Shown in pieces: positions 47,445 to 58,314 of a stretch of DNA of 64,000 bases. The translations under genes were made by a program, and so were the position numbers. The notes beneath the pieces were generated by a model, which made no database searches, was not told where the DNA came from, and saw only the letters and a program-made list of their open reading frames with translations. The stretch lies in the IMG/VR virus record IMGVR_UViG_3300024503_000485, positions 1-64,000 of that record, one strand, 5' to 3'. Within the stretch, counting starts at the first letter, position 1; each line of letters begins with the position of its first letter.

Positions 47445-48612
47445 TATTCCTATCCTTTTGAACAGCTGGTTTTACATCGCTTAGATATAAAACACAATAG
47501 TGGTTATCAATCCACGTTTGAGACATATTGCTCATAGGAGGAAAAGATTTGTTCACTACTATAATACTAACATCGTCTTCTTCTTTAATCAACCACTTTG
47601 CAGGCTTTTTAAAGATTAGTAATCTACCTTCAGACAAATCTCCACCGAGACCCGAAGCTCTAACCCATTCGTTGAACTTTGGATCTTCGTCGTTCCTACT
47701 TCGAAAACAAATTTTTATTTCCTCTTTGCTAACTCCATTGTTAATGGCGGAGATAACAAACGACTCTAACCAACTTTTTAAATGATTATCTTCACTGACT
47801 ATTAAAATAACTTTTTTCTTTACGGTTTTATACAAATTAAAAAATTTACTAAAATCGTCGGTCCAAAAATAATTTGTATTATATGAGGCTACTCTATGAA
47901 TAAGATTTTTTGATGTAGACCCGTACAATACATAACCCATACGCTTTGCCAGCATTAGGTCGTGATCTAATTCTTTTAATTTTCTAGAATCAAAATACTC
48001 TTGTGCAGACGAAGTTGCGTTTTGTAATACTACTTCATCGTTTACAATTTTGCAGGCTGGAGCATAATACTCTGCGTCGTTCCAAATCTGTTCAACATCT
48101 GCTAGTGCATGATTAAATGATTCGTCAATATTAAATCCGTGTCTAATTGCAAATTCATTTACTAAAATTAAATTTAAATCGTAGATGTTATATTTTCTAA
48201 CTTTATCGTCTGGATTCCAAAGAGATCGATCTTCTCTGTTATTTTTAAGAACTTCTTTTTCAAAAACTTCTTTAAGAGAATAAGGATGTTTTAAGCATAA
48301 CCAAAGTTTATCATTTTTGTCTTTTTCAACAAAAATGCTTTTAGTCATATCTAAATTTCTAAAAGGATTTTTCCATGTTGCGTTTTGTAATCTAAAATTT
48401 AAATTTAATTGTCGTGTACTAAAATGATTTTTATATTTTTCCATTAACTTGATAACATAGTTTGCCTGCGCTTGGGTAAGATTTTTGTTATCTGCAATTA
48501 AATTGAAAAAATTTGTCAATACGACAATGTCCTGATTATTCAAGAAATTTGTAGATATAACCGAAGTATAAAATTCGGTAAAGATGTCTTCGAAATATTC
48601 ATTCGCCGCCAT
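47431..48612 (-). CDS. hypothetical protein
   Basis: 393-aa ORF overlapping uvsW start. Confidence 0.65.
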   Translation of the reverse strand: MAANEYFEDIFTEFYTSVISTNFLNNQDIVVLTNFFNLIADNKNLTQAQANYVIKLMEKYKNHFSTRQLNLNFRLQNATWKNPFRNLDMTKSIFVEKDKNDKLWLCLKHPYSLKEVFEKEVLKNNREDRSLWNPDDKVRKYNIYDLNLILVNEFAIRHGFNIDESFNHALADVEQIWNDAEYYAPACKIVNDEVVLQNATSSAQEYFDSRKLKELDHDLMLAKRMGYVLYGSTSKNLIHRVASYNTNYFWTDDFSKFFNLYKTVKKKVILIVSEDNHLKSWLESFVISAINNGVSKEEIKICFRSRNDEDPKFNEWVRASGLGGDLSEGRLLIFKKPAKWLIKEEDDVSIIVVNKSFPPMSNMSQTWIDNHYCVLYLSDVKPAVQKDRNIVDL

Positions 48613-48642
48613 AATAATATTATAGCAGAAATAATTTAAAAA

Positions 48643-49482
48643 TCAAGACTTTTGTAAAATATTTACTAACCTTTTTTGAGGAATTCCGTCAACCATTTCT
48701 GATAATAACCACTCGGTATGACAAAGTTTTTTGAACCAGTCGCTCCGTTCAGGAATAATTGGGTTTTCTATATTTTCAAAGTTATTAGAAAGTTCGCCTG
48801 CAAGACTTGTTTGATCGCAAATTACAGGTACACCGTTAATTGATGCTTTAACTGCTGGACCACTATTAAAATTTACTACACAATGATAATTATAATCTAT
48901 ATCAAAATCATCGTAGGTATTTGCCACTAATCTTGGATATTGTACCAACACATTTGGAGAATTTACAACTACAGGCGACCGTGGATGTGGCCTTACAACA
49001 ATTAACCTATCAGTATATTTTCTTATTTCTGCTACGGTATTTTTTACCCAAACAGACATAGACGGTTGACCAACCCACTGGAGGCTTTTTTCATGCTGAC
49101 TAGCAATTAGTATTTCTTTTCGTCGTAGTGTATTTTCTGGTTTTAATTGAATATTTAATTTTTGTGGTCGTGCTTCGTCAATCTCATCTTGATTTCCAAA
49201 TTCACCTAGGCCGTTAATATTATTTAAACTAACCCTCCACGTTAATCCTCTAACCAAATTTCCAACTTCAATAATCATCACAGGAATATTAGCTGCTTGG
49301 CATTGTTCGTAAACAGATTTATTACTAAACATTCTTCCATGCCAAAGTACGCTCCAGATAACAGCTACATCTTCTTCCTTATCGACAATAGTATGTCCTA
49401 ATTTTTTTAGTCCAAGTTCAAAGGCATCAAATACAGGCCCACTATTCATGGCTCCATACTTTCTATACAATTTAAATTTCAT
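48643..49482 (-). CDS. GT-B-like glycosyltransferase (KpsS/KpsC-like)
   Basis: VRPHPR, VNFNSGPAVKASINGVPV. Confidence 0.65.
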   Translation of the reverse strand: MKFKLYRKYGAMNSGPVFDAFELGLKKLGHTIVDKEEDVAVIWSVLWHGRMFSNKSVYEQCQAANIPVMIIEVGNLVRGLTWRVSLNNINGLGEFGNQDEIDEARPQKLNIQLKPENTLRRKEILIASQHEKSLQWVGQPSMSVWVKNTVAEIRKYTDRLIVVRPHPRSPVVVNSPNVLVQYPRLVANTYDDFDIDYNYHCVVNFNSGPAVKASINGVPVICDQTSLAGELSNNFENIENPIIPERSDWFKKLCHTEWLLSEMVDGIPQKRLVNILQKS

Positions 49483-49525
49483 AGTTTTTTGAATTATAAA
49501 TAACAGAGTATTTAATTCTAATTCA

Positions 49526-49942
49526 ATGAGTAAATTTGAAAAAACGTTAAGAAAGAAAGTAGGAAAGCCCCAAAATACTATTCTATTGGGATTAGGGCCT
49601 AGCGAGATTGAAACAGCATCAAACGTTTTTCAATCTGTATTTGTATTTTCTTCTATAGATCAGTCGTTTAAAAATAGAAACGTAATCTATTTTGAAAACT
49701 TTAACGATATGGCCAAATTACCGGAAGTAAATTTTATACTTATTAATCCTGAAAATATTAAAGAAATGCCAAATATTACACCAATATTAAAAAATTCAAA
49801 ACCGCTGGTTATGATACTTTCAGGGGAATATATACATAAACGTTTTTCAAAGTGGCTAATTGAAGAAATGCATTATGAACTAGTTGAACTCGACACTCAT
49901 CGTCAACTATGGAAAAAGAAACGATTATTAGGACAATTATGA
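49526..49942 (+). CDS. hypothetical protein
   Basis: Coupled to gmd. Confidence 0.6.
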   Translation: MSKFEKTLRKKVGKPQNTILLGLGPSEIETASNVFQSVFVFSSIDQSFKNRNVIYFENFNDMAKLPEVNFILINPENIKEMPNITPILKNSKPLVMILSGEYIHKRFSKWLIEEMHYELVELDTHRQLWKKKRLLGQL

Positions 49943-50919
49943 AAAAGACAGCATTTGTAACAGGAATGACAGGACAAGACGGTCCATATCTTGCTAAACT
50001 TCTTCTAGAAAAAGATTATAAAGTATATGGTCTTGTAAAAAGATATTCTAATCCAAATTTAGATAATATCAAATATTTAGGTATTGAAAACGACATTGAG
50101 TTGATCACCGGCGATATTACAGACGACGGATGTATCAACCATTTAGTTAAAAGTCTTAAACCAAATGAATTTTATAATCTTGCCGCTCAAAGTTTTGTAG
50201 GAGCAAGCTGGGACCTTAATAAATTAACCACTGAAGTTAATGCTGTTGGCCCTTTAAATAATCTTAATGCTATTAAGCAGCATAGTCCAGAAACAAAATA
50301 TTATCAAGCAAGCACTTCCGAAATGTACGGTAATAGCATTGAAATTTCCGGAGGACACCAAGACGAAACAACACCGTTCTGGCCCCGTAGTCCATACGGA
50401 GTTGCAAAATTATATGCTTACTGGATCACCGTAAATTTTAGAGAAAGTTACGGAATTCATGCTTCAAATGGAATATTGTTTAATCACGAAAGTCCTATTC
50501 GAGGTAAAGAATTTGTTACAAGAAAAATTACAGATGGCGTAGCAAAAATTAAATGTGGCCTTGCTGACAAAATTACTTTAGGTAATTTAGATTCTAGAAG
50601 AGACTGGGGTTTTGCCGGTGATTTTGTTGAAGCTATGTGGTTAATGTTACAACAAGACGAACCGGGCGATTATGTTATTGCCACAGGAGTTCAATACACT
50701 ATTGGTGATTTATTAGAACGTGCATTTAGATATGCAGGCATCGAAGACTGGGAAAAATATATTGAATCAGATCCAAGATTTAAGAGACCGGCAGAGCTTT
50801 ATAGCCTTTGTGGAAACCCCGCTAAAGCAGAAAATGTCCTTGGGTGGAAACGTAAAACTAGTTTTGACGATCTAGTTAAAATGATGGTTGAAGCAGATAT
50901 CAAACGTTATACTAAATGA
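49939..50919 (+). CDS. gmd: GDP-mannose 4,6-dehydratase
   Basis: TGMTGQDG.YLA, NLAAQSFV, QASTSEMYG, PRSPYGVAK, LFNHESP, RDWG. Confidence 0.95.
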   Translation: MKKTAFVTGMTGQDGPYLAKLLLEKDYKVYGLVKRYSNPNLDNIKYLGIENDIELITGDITDDGCINHLVKSLKPNEFYNLAAQSFVGASWDLNKLTTEVNAVGPLNNLNAIKQHSPETKYYQASTSEMYGNSIEISGGHQDETTPFWPRSPYGVAKLYAYWITVNFRESYGIHASNGILFNHESPIRGKEFVTRKITDGVAKIKCGLADKITLGNLDSRRDWGFAGDFVEAMWLMLQQDEPGDYVIATGVQYTIGDLLERAFRYAGIEDWEKYIESDPRFKRPAELYSLCGNPAKAENVLGWKRKTSFDDLVKMMVEADIKRYTK

Positions 50920-51740
50920 CAACAAAATTTGCAGTAGTCACTACTTTTCATCAGGCTGGGTACGAAAAATACGGTCGAAGGATGATTCAAACCTTTTTAG
51001 AATCATGGCCTAAAGATGTAACCTTATATGTGTATCCTGAGAATTGTGCAGTAATTGAAACTGCTCCAAACCTCGTTGTGAGAGATTTACACTCGTCAAG
51101 TCCCGAACTAGTTGCATTTAAAGAAAAGTGGAAAAATGACCCAAAAGCCAGAGGGGAAGTAGCCATGGGACCTCCTGGACCTAAGGGAAAGATTCCCGGA
51201 ATTGGTTTTCGTTGGGATGCTATTAGATTTAGTCATAAAATTTATTCGGTATGTCATGCGGCAGAAAATACCGATGCCGATATACTGCTTTGGATGGATG
51301 CTGACATGGTTTGCCATACCACACTTCCGGTGCATTTTTTAGAAAAAATGGCAGGTACTCATGTGGGTTTGGGATTTTTAGGTAGAGAAAATAAATTTAC
51401 CGAATGTGGATTATATTCGATGAATTTAAGAAATCCTGCTACTCAAGAATTTTTAAAAGAATTTCAAAAGGCCTACGACACTGGCAGAATTTTCACCATG
51501 AAAGAGTGGAATGATTGTTGGGTTTTTGACGTTGTTCGAGAAGAAATTAAAAAACTTCATCCTGACTGGTATTGGTACAACTGGAGTAAGGGATTAATCA
51601 AAGGAGAAGGCCATCCGCTGGTTAATAGTCCTTGGGGTGCTTATCTCGATCACCTTAAAGGTAACCGAAAAAATACCGGAAAAAGCCTAAAAACAGATTT
51701 TATTCGTCAGCGTACTGAAAAATATTGGATTACTCAGTAA
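50916..51740 (+). CDS. GT-A-like glycosyltransferase
   Basis: VVTTF, RFSHK, WMDAD, WNDC. Confidence 0.65.
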   Translation: MTTKFAVVTTFHQAGYEKYGRRMIQTFLESWPKDVTLYVYPENCAVIETAPNLVVRDLHSSSPELVAFKEKWKNDPKARGEVAMGPPGPKGKIPGIGFRWDAIRFSHKIYSVCHAAENTDADILLWMDADMVCHTTLPVHFLEKMAGTHVGLGFLGRENKFTECGLYSMNLRNPATQEFLKEFQKAYDTGRIFTMKEWNDCWVFDVVREEIKKLHPDWYWYNWSKGLIKGEGHPLVNSPWGAYLDHLKGNRKNTGKSLKTDFIRQRTEKYWITQ

Positions 51741-52449
51741 TTTGATATTCGTGTTTTGAATGCTTGGCTTTGTAATGATCTAAATATTCCCCAAGCACGG
51801 TATGCTTCATTGGAGTTTTGTAAGGCTTTTTAAAATCTTTGCATAAATCATTGCCTTTTGCTCCGATTTTTTCAAAAACATAACCATATACATCGTTATC
51901 GTAAAATCTTCTTAAATTTTTTGAATCTTGTTCAACAAAGTGTCTACGATACTCATTTCTAAAATTAAAAAAGTTTGGATGTTTTGTGTTTACAGCAGAA
52001 AAACCAGTCTCAGGAACAAACCATCTACCAGGAGTTCCGTCTTTAGCTGACAAATATGTAACTCCCATGTGAGTGCTAAGAACATTGTCAGGTAAAACTG
52101 ATTTTAACAAGTCTAAAGGAAGTTTTTTCTTTGTAATAACATCGGCGTCTAACCAAATAATTCGATCAGCATCGCTGTTAAACATTGCGTGTATAAAACT
52201 AAAAGATTTTTTAGCAAATTTTCTTTCTTGACCGCCTATACCTTTAGTATTTTGAAAAATTTCATATGCAGGGTCTAATTCTTTAAAGTCTATTTGTTTA
52301 ATTCGGTTTATGTTTGGTAATTGAAACTCTTCGACATAGCAAGTCAGTGTTAATTCTTCTGGCCAATATGTTAACCAAGACTCTACAGAGTCTCTTCCGA
52401 TGAGATTATAATAATATTCGTTGAAACTTGTTATAACTTCTATTTTCAT
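51730..52449 (-). CDS. GT-A-like glycosyltransferase (paralog)
   Basis: VITSF, KFAKK, IWLDAD, ETGF, YDND. Confidence 0.65.
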   Translation of the reverse strand: MKIEVITSFNEYYYNLIGRDSVESWLTYWPEELTLTCYVEEFQLPNINRIKQIDFKELDPAYEIFQNTKGIGGQERKFAKKSFSFIHAMFNSDADRIIWLDADVITKKKLPLDLLKSVLPDNVLSTHMGVTYLSAKDGTPGRWFVPETGFSAVNTKHPNFFNFRNEYRRHFVEQDSKNLRRFYDNDVYGYVFEKIGAKGNDLCKDFKKPYKTPMKHTVLGEYLDHYKAKHSKHEYQITE

Positions 52450-53384
52450 ACATACTTTCTCATATGAGACCAACATTCCCCGTTGGTAATTTCTTCAAAG
52501 TTCCAATGGAACATAGCCAACCGTTCTACCCATTTTTGTCTGTCTGGTAAATTAGGATTTTCAATGTCAGATAAATTCATATTTGAAATTTCTGCACACT
52601 GACTTTTTTCAGGATCGGTGACAAAAATAGGATATCCTTCAATTGCGGCTCCTACGGTTGGACTTGAATTATAATTTACCACAGCCCAGCAATTTTTTAA
52701 ATCATGTTCTAGTGTTGTGCCTGGTTGTGATAACCTAATATTGTTATTTTTGTGACCAAGTTTTTTTATCAAGTTTTGAGGACTTAAATAATCTTTTGAG
52801 CCTTTGTCACCTGGATGTGCTCTTAATACAATTTCTCTATCAGTGTATTTTCTAATCTCTTTTAAGGTTGCTGCGGTCCATTCTACCACATCATATCCAC
52901 CCATCGACCATCCGCCATTTCGTTGTAAACAAAATAAAATGTGATTTCCTGTAGTGCGATAGTCTTTTAAAGATAAATTTAAATTTTTAGAAAGAGTTAT
53001 CCAACGTTGAGGATCAATTTCTTTATCGCAATACTCTCCTGTATTAGGAAATATTCCGTTAAAACTATATCTTAAATAATGTTTAGGATTTGTATTATCT
53101 TTATATAAAAATAAATTACTATCTGCCAATAAAACTTTTTTATTTGCATTAAGTTGATAATCAATGATTTTTCTTCTAAATTCTAAATGTGCAGTTCCTT
53201 TAGATCCTGCATGAACCCATCCTATGCTCATACCTACGTCAGCAGGAACAACTCGCATGTCGGTCACAAGTTCAACTTCGTCACCGTATTTTTGAACCCC
53301 AGTGGCATATAATTTTAAAATTTCTCCTTTTTCAACATTTTTGTTGTTAGGAGGAATACAAGCTAGGTATGCTGCAAATTTCAT
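52446..53384 (-). CDS. GT-B-like glycosyltransferase (KpsS/KpsC-like)
   Basis: LRAHPG, VNYNSSPTVGAAIEGYP. Confidence 0.65.
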   Translation of the reverse strand: MKFAAYLACIPPNNKNVEKGEILKLYATGVQKYGDEVELVTDMRVVPADVGMSIGWVHAGSKGTAHLEFRRKIIDYQLNANKKVLLADSNLFLYKDNTNPKHYLRYSFNGIFPNTGEYCDKEIDPQRWITLSKNLNLSLKDYRTTGNHILFCLQRNGGWSMGGYDVVEWTAATLKEIRKYTDREIVLRAHPGDKGSKDYLSPQNLIKKLGHKNNNIRLSQPGTTLEHDLKNCWAVVNYNSSPTVGAAIEGYPIFVTDPEKSQCAEISNMNLSDIENPNLPDRQKWVERLAMFHWNFEEITNGECWSHMRKYV

Positions 53385-54808
53385 TTATTAGTATTTTTAA
53401 TTAAAAGTTCTTTATTTAGAATACCAATGTGATGATGAAAATATTCATTCAACGGGCTGTACTTAATGGAAAATTCATTTTTTCGTTCATCGGCGCCATT
53501 GAGTTGCCACTTATCTGCTGTATCGCAATAAGAACCAATTCCATATTTTCCTATTAAAGACCCTAGCATATGATTATCGTATATTTGCCTTTGTTGATAA
53601 ATTTGTCCATTATACCAACCAGTAGAATATTCTCTAATAAATGCCGGAAATGCTTCGTGTTTTGTATTAAACGCAACAATTCCAGTTTCTAAATCTAACC
53701 CCGTACCAGGAATTAATGTTGCACATACTCGAGCGCCGGGGCTCAGTAATTCTTTTGCTTTTGAGAAAGATAAGGGACGTTTAACAGAAATATCAGCGTC
53801 TAACCAAACTACAAGACCACCAAATTTTCTTGCTGCCCATACCTGTACACGACTCTTTTTCCAGAATCTATCTGCTTTAGTTCCTCCCATTGCTTCTTGA
53901 ACCCAAGGGTCCTGTGTATTAGCAACATCTTTCCAGAACATAAAATTTTTACCAAATCCTAGATCTACAGGTTTGTCATCCCAAACAAAAACAACATCGC
54001 CCGGTAATGTATTTCTCCAAGATGCAAGTGTAATACTACCTACTTCGTTAAAATAATCTCTAGAAAGACTAGTAACAAACGTCAATGGAGGACGAGGCTT
54101 AGAACCAAATTCTAATCCCAACTCATTAGCATAATCAATTAAGTATTGATACCATACATTTTTATATAAACAATCCATGTAATGGGGGAACCAAGGTCCG
54201 CCCTCAGTCCAGTGGTATGCAACAGGCTTTCCGTCTTTTGTTTCATCATTCCATCCGACAAGAAAATTATATTTTGTTGAAACAGAACCAATCTCGTGAT
54301 CCTGTAACCATTGGAACCTATGTAAAAATTGTCCTGTTTGAGAATTTACCACCTCTGGTGTTAATGCTCTGTTTGATGGATGCTCACAATTCCATAAAAT
54401 CATCGAACTCCAGTTCTTTCTTGGATACTGGGCCTGTTGTTTGTTGTCCATCTTTACGGTATTTGTTGGTTGATGATTATGTTGAACAACCATTACAGCA
54501 TATTTTGGATCTGCTTGAGCAAATAATTCTGATATGTTACCGTCCCAAACAAAATCACAATCGCAGAATAAAGCCCAACCTTTGTATTTTTGTAAAGATG
54601 GCACTAAAAATCTAGTAAATGTAAATTCGGTGCTTCCTAAAGAATCGACATCTCTTGTATATAGACCGTCTCGTCTTAATTGGTCCTGTTTTAAAGGCTT
54701 AACAATAGCATCAGGTGTATTTTTATAGATTGAAAATTCGCATACCTTATATGCAATATCTTCTCTAGAATCGTAACCGATATAAACAGGTAAAAAATCA
54801 AAATTCAT
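53381..54808 (-). CDS. two-domain glycosyltransferase (GT8-like plus GT-A paralog)
   Basis: YIGYDSRE, STEFTFTRF, FCDCD, YPRKNWSS, HWTEGGPW; second domain WLDAD...ETG. Confidence 0.75.
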   Translation of the reverse strand: MNFDFLPVYIGYDSREDIAYKVCEFSIYKNTPDAIVKPLKQDQLRRDGLYTRDVDSLGSTEFTFTRFLVPSLQKYKGWALFCDCDFVWDGNISELFAQADPKYAVMVVQHNHQPTNTVKMDNKQQAQYPRKNWSSMILWNCEHPSNRALTPEVVNSQTGQFLHRFQWLQDHEIGSVSTKYNFLVGWNDETKDGKPVAYHWTEGGPWFPHYMDCLYKNVWYQYLIDYANELGLEFGSKPRPPLTFVTSLSRDYFNEVGSITLASWRNTLPGDVVFVWDDKPVDLGFGKNFMFWKDVANTQDPWVQEAMGGTKADRFWKKSRVQVWAARKFGGLVVWLDADISVKRPLSFSKAKELLSPGARVCATLIPGTGLDLETGIVAFNTKHEAFPAFIREYSTGWYNGQIYQQRQIYDNHMLGSLIGKYGIGSYCDTADKWQLNGADERKNEFSIKYSPLNEYFHHHIGILNKELLIKNTNK

Positions 54809-55613
54809 TTAACATTCTCCAGGCTGCGCCATTTTTTAATTCATCAATGTGATATTGTCCGTAGGCTAAATGGCAAGCCCATGCATATACTTTATCTTTG
54901 TCGGGATAGTACGGAGTTTCGATTTGACTCAAATCTTGTGATGCAACAGGAGAAGCTGCATGTGTAGGTGCTAGCGTAAATGCAGGATATCCGTATAAAA
55001 TTGCTTCGGTTGCTGAATTTGAATTATATGTAACTAACGCATGAACATCGTCATCAAGTGCTTCTTTTAACGTATTTGTAAGTACACGATCTGTTCTGCT
55101 TTTAACTCGTTGGCGTACAACAATTTCTCTATCTGTATATTGTTTAAGAGTATAGATAGTATCGTTGATCCATTCTTCTAAATCAATATTATAAAACTTA
55201 CAAGGTTTTTCATCAGGGGCTGCAATAAGAATTTTTTTGCCGCCTTTTTTCCAATTGTGAATAGGAATTCCTAATTTTCTAAATCTATCGTCTGGCCTTT
55301 GAATTATAGTATTTCCGTGTTGTATATCGTTTTTAACAATCCTATGCCAATATTTCCAACCCATGGGATTTAATGCACTTTTTTGATTACCCATATATCC
55401 GGTATCCATAAAATAAAAATCTCTATTATCAAACCAACAACGTTGCATGATTTTTTTCTTAAGAATACCTCTAAGGACAATGGGGTCTCTGCTGTGCTCA
55501 TATATAAAATCATCTGTGTTTATCACTCGACCATTAGCGCCAAGTGCAAACATGTTGATATATTCATCTTGTCCGTCTTTACTAAGAAAGATCCAATTGG
55601 TCATCTGTTTCAT
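54798..55613 (-). CDS. GT-B-like glycosyltransferase (KpsS/KpsC-like)
   Basis: YFMDTGY, VTYNSNSATEAILYGYP. Confidence 0.65.
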   Translation of the reverse strand: MKQMTNWIFLSKDGQDEYINMFALGANGRVINTDDFIYEHSRDPIVLRGILKKKIMQRCWFDNRDFYFMDTGYMGNQKSALNPMGWKYWHRIVKNDIQHGNTIIQRPDDRFRKLGIPIHNWKKGGKKILIAAPDEKPCKFYNIDLEEWINDTIYTLKQYTDREIVVRQRVKSRTDRVLTNTLKEALDDDVHALVTYNSNSATEAILYGYPAFTLAPTHAASPVASQDLSQIETPYYPDKDKVYAWACHLAYGQYHIDELKNGAAWRMLNEF

Positions 55614-56371
55614 TGTCTTTCTATATCATCTTCAATGCATTGTTCACCGTATTGAATTTCAACAACTTTCACAGGAACATCAAACGGATTAGTAAGTTGA
55701 TGCCACTCGTTAACTGGTACTTTGTACTCAACGTGCTTTCTTAAATGAACGCTAGGCATAGCGTAACCGCTGTTCATTAGTCTGTTTACTTCTGCTTCAC
55801 CGTCGCTGACTATCCAGTATTCTGCTCTTAATTTATGTCGTTGCATACTTAATTTTTTTCCAGGATCAACGGTTAGTTCTTTTACTTTCATTCCTGGTAC
55901 TTCGTGCAAGACACGATAATATCCCCACGGACGTTCGGTCTTTGGTGCTTTCCATTCTTGTAAAATCCATGAGCTAGAATTCATCTTATGTTCGCCGCCA
56001 ACTCCAAATACAAATTCTAAATTATCGTCTTTAATATCCATTTCGGGAATATTAGCATTTGTTCTATCACCGCCGTTAGCAAATATAATTTTATCGTTGG
56101 GATAAATTTCACGAACTTTTCTAATAGCATCTTTAGCTGAACCGTCGTCGTCGTTAAAATTAATAACTCGAGATACATTTGTTAAAGCGCCTAATATGCT
56201 TGAACGTTCTTCCCAAGGCATAAATTCTTGACCTTTTTTTCTTCTTAACCATGCATCGGAATTTGCACCAACAACTAGAACATCACCTAATTTTTTAGCT
56301 TCATTAATATAAGCAATATGGCCAGAATGAATAGGATCAAATCCTCCAGTAACTAACACTATATTTTTCAT
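55610..56371 (-). CDS. cytidylyltransferase fused to a mannose-6-phosphate isomerase-type cupin
   Basis: TGGFDPIHSGH, FANGGDR; ERPWGYY, LSMQRH, VEIQYG...EDDIER. Confidence 0.85.
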   Translation of the reverse strand: MKNIVLVTGGFDPIHSGHIAYINEAKKLGDVLVVGANSDAWLRRKKGQEFMPWEERSSILGALTNVSRVINFNDDDGSAKDAIRKVREIYPNDKIIFANGGDRTNANIPEMDIKDDNLEFVFGVGGEHKMNSSSWILQEWKAPKTERPWGYYRVLHEVPGMKVKELTVDPGKKLSMQRHKLRAEYWIVSDGEAEVNRLMNSGYAMPSVHLRKHVEYKVPVNEWHQLTNPFDVPVKVVEIQYGEQCIEDDIERQ

Positions 56372-57552
56372 TTTAGTCCTTTCAAAATAGTTTCTAGTAA
56401 TAGTAAATCGTTGTCATTAACAAAATGATTGTTTCCAATATAAACACCAACATCGTGTAATATGTCGGCATTATGAGGGCTGTCTGTTTCAATATTATAT
56501 TTTTTTAAAAATGGATGTTTTAATAAATTTCCACTTACTACAGGCCGATATTCGATGCCGTGTTTTTTAAATTCGTCTAATAGTGTTATATATGTTTCTT
56601 TACTTTTACAAATAAAAGGAAAACAGAAACTACTATTAGTTTCATCTTCTTTAGGAAAAAAGAATTTATCAGGATATTGTTTAATAATTTTTAAATATTT
56701 TTTAAAATTTTCTTTACGGATATGAATCATGCTATCCAATCTTTTTAGTTGTGACATACCTAAAATTGCAGGTAACTCATGATTTCTAAAATTATATCCG
56801 TCTGTCATAAACAGAAAACTAGGAGGCAAGTTTGGATATTCATCTTGATATTTTTTAAAATATTCGGGAGATCCTTCTCTAGCTAGACCGTGACTTCTTT
56901 TTAATCTCATCAATTCATATAATTCTTGATTGTTTGTGGAAATCATTCCTCCCTCAACGGTAGTCATGTGATGGCCGAAATAAAAGCTAAAAGTTGCCCC
57001 TAAAGAATCTGAACCTCTTTTTTTGTTATTAGGATCGCAAACACCGTGTGATTCGCAAATGTCTTCTAGTATGAGCGCATCTGGAAATATTTCTTTGTAT
57101 TTTTCTATTTCAGCATCTAAGCCCAACAGATGTGTGACAAATATTATTTTAATGTCTTTATGTTTATTTTTTAATTTTTTTAACTTTTCAACATCGTAAC
57201 TAAAAGTTGATAAATCAATATCTGCAAAGATTGGTTTAAATCCAGTTTGAATTACTGGGGCAACGTTTGTGACCCATGTACACGCAGGAACTAAAACTTT
57301 ATCCCCGTCTTTAAAATTATATAACTCTTTAATAGCAGATAATAATAATAAATTTGCTGTGCTGCCAGACGAAACAAATAAAGAATATTTAGAACCTAAC
57401 CATTCATTCCACTGAGCCTCAAATAATTTTACTTTTTCTCCGTTAGTGAATTTTTTTGAAGTTAAAATGAACTTGATCATTTTAAATTTGTCTGGCCAAG
57501 TAATTGTATCTTTCATTAAAGGCCATTTTAGTATTGGTGGTTTATTGATCAT
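56368..57552 (-). CDS. colD: ColD-like GDP-4-keto-6-deoxymannose 3-dehydratase (DegT/DnrJ fold)
   Basis: SSGSTAN, LEDICESHG, FSFYFGHHMTTVEGG (His at the usual Schiff-base Lys), GYNFR, EYRPVVSGN. Confidence 0.75.
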   Translation of the reverse strand: MINKPPILKWPLMKDTITWPDKFKMIKFILTSKKFTNGEKVKLFEAQWNEWLGSKYSLFVSSGSTANLLLLSAIKELYNFKDGDKVLVPACTWVTNVAPVIQTGFKPIFADIDLSTFSYDVEKLKKLKNKHKDIKIIFVTHLLGLDAEIEKYKEIFPDALILEDICESHGVCDPNNKKRGSDSLGATFSFYFGHHMTTVEGGMISTNNQELYELMRLKRSHGLAREGSPEYFKKYQDEYPNLPPSFLFMTDGYNFRNHELPAILGMSQLKRLDSMIHIRKENFKKYLKIIKQYPDKFFFPKEDETNSSFCFPFICKSKETYITLLDEFKKHGIEYRPVVSGNLLKHPFLKKYNIETDSPHNADILHDVGVYIGNNHFVNDNDLLLLETILKGLK

Positions 57553-58270
57553 GGTAACAAATTGCCGTATGGTTTATATAAATTTCCGAGTAGCCGCGAA
57601 GATGAAATTCTTCGCAAATAATTGAAGTATCGCAATCAAATTTTTTAAATCTTTCATTAAACCAGCCGTACCGTGCACCGTCCTGAAATGGTTTTGCATC
57701 AAATAAGCATACTCCGTTACATGTTGAATAATATTTTCCAAAAGGAGTAATATCCCAATCTTTATGTAATTTTCCTCTGTCTTCGTCGGCGTGTCTTCGT
57801 GTAGCCCAAACATCATATAATTTTCCGTTTGTTCCTTTTGAAACCATTGATACAATATCAACTTTTGTTAAATTATATGTTTCTTGAAAATTTAAAATTT
57901 TTTCAACATCTTGTAGATCAAATCTCATATCGGATTCAATATCTAATATATGATCTACATTGTTAAGAAAATTTTTTGCTTCGATTGCTTTATTTCTTGC
58001 TGCTGCTAAATTTTTTACACGCTGTTCATCTTTAACAGAATGAAAAAATTCTGTTCCTATATTTTCGCAGATAATAGAAAAATCTTTAGCGAAGGACCAA
58101 TCTAAATTATTCAATTTAATTTTGGTATCATCAGTTGAATCGTTTTCATACAAAGAAATATAAAAATTATAATTAGGAAAATGCTCAACTATTGATTTTA
58201 TTTGAGAATAATATTGTTCTATTTTTTGACTAGAATTTCTAAAAATAGTGTATATCAAAATGTTTTTCAT
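57542..58270 (-). CDS. glycosyltransferase-like protein (GT-A)
   Basis: YENDSTDDT, LAAARNKA, YDVWA. Confidence 0.65.
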   Translation of the reverse strand: MKNILIYTIFRNSSQKIEQYYSQIKSIVEHFPNYNFYISLYENDSTDDTKIKLNNLDWSFAKDFSIICENIGTEFFHSVKDEQRVKNLAAARNKAIEAKNFLNNVDHILDIESDMRFDLQDVEKILNFQETYNLTKVDIVSMVSKGTNGKLYDVWATRRHADEDRGKLHKDWDITPFGKYYSTCNGVCLFDAKPFQDGARYGWFNERFKKFDCDTSIICEEFHLRGYSEIYINHTAICYHDQ

Positions 58271-58314
58271 GAACTATTTATAAAATAAATATTTGGCATT
58301 TTAAGGATTAGAAT

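Noticed and set aside
56368-57552. Perosamine synthase or generic DegT aminotransferase
   Set aside because: The Schiff-base Lys position is His (GHH), typical of 3-dehydratases
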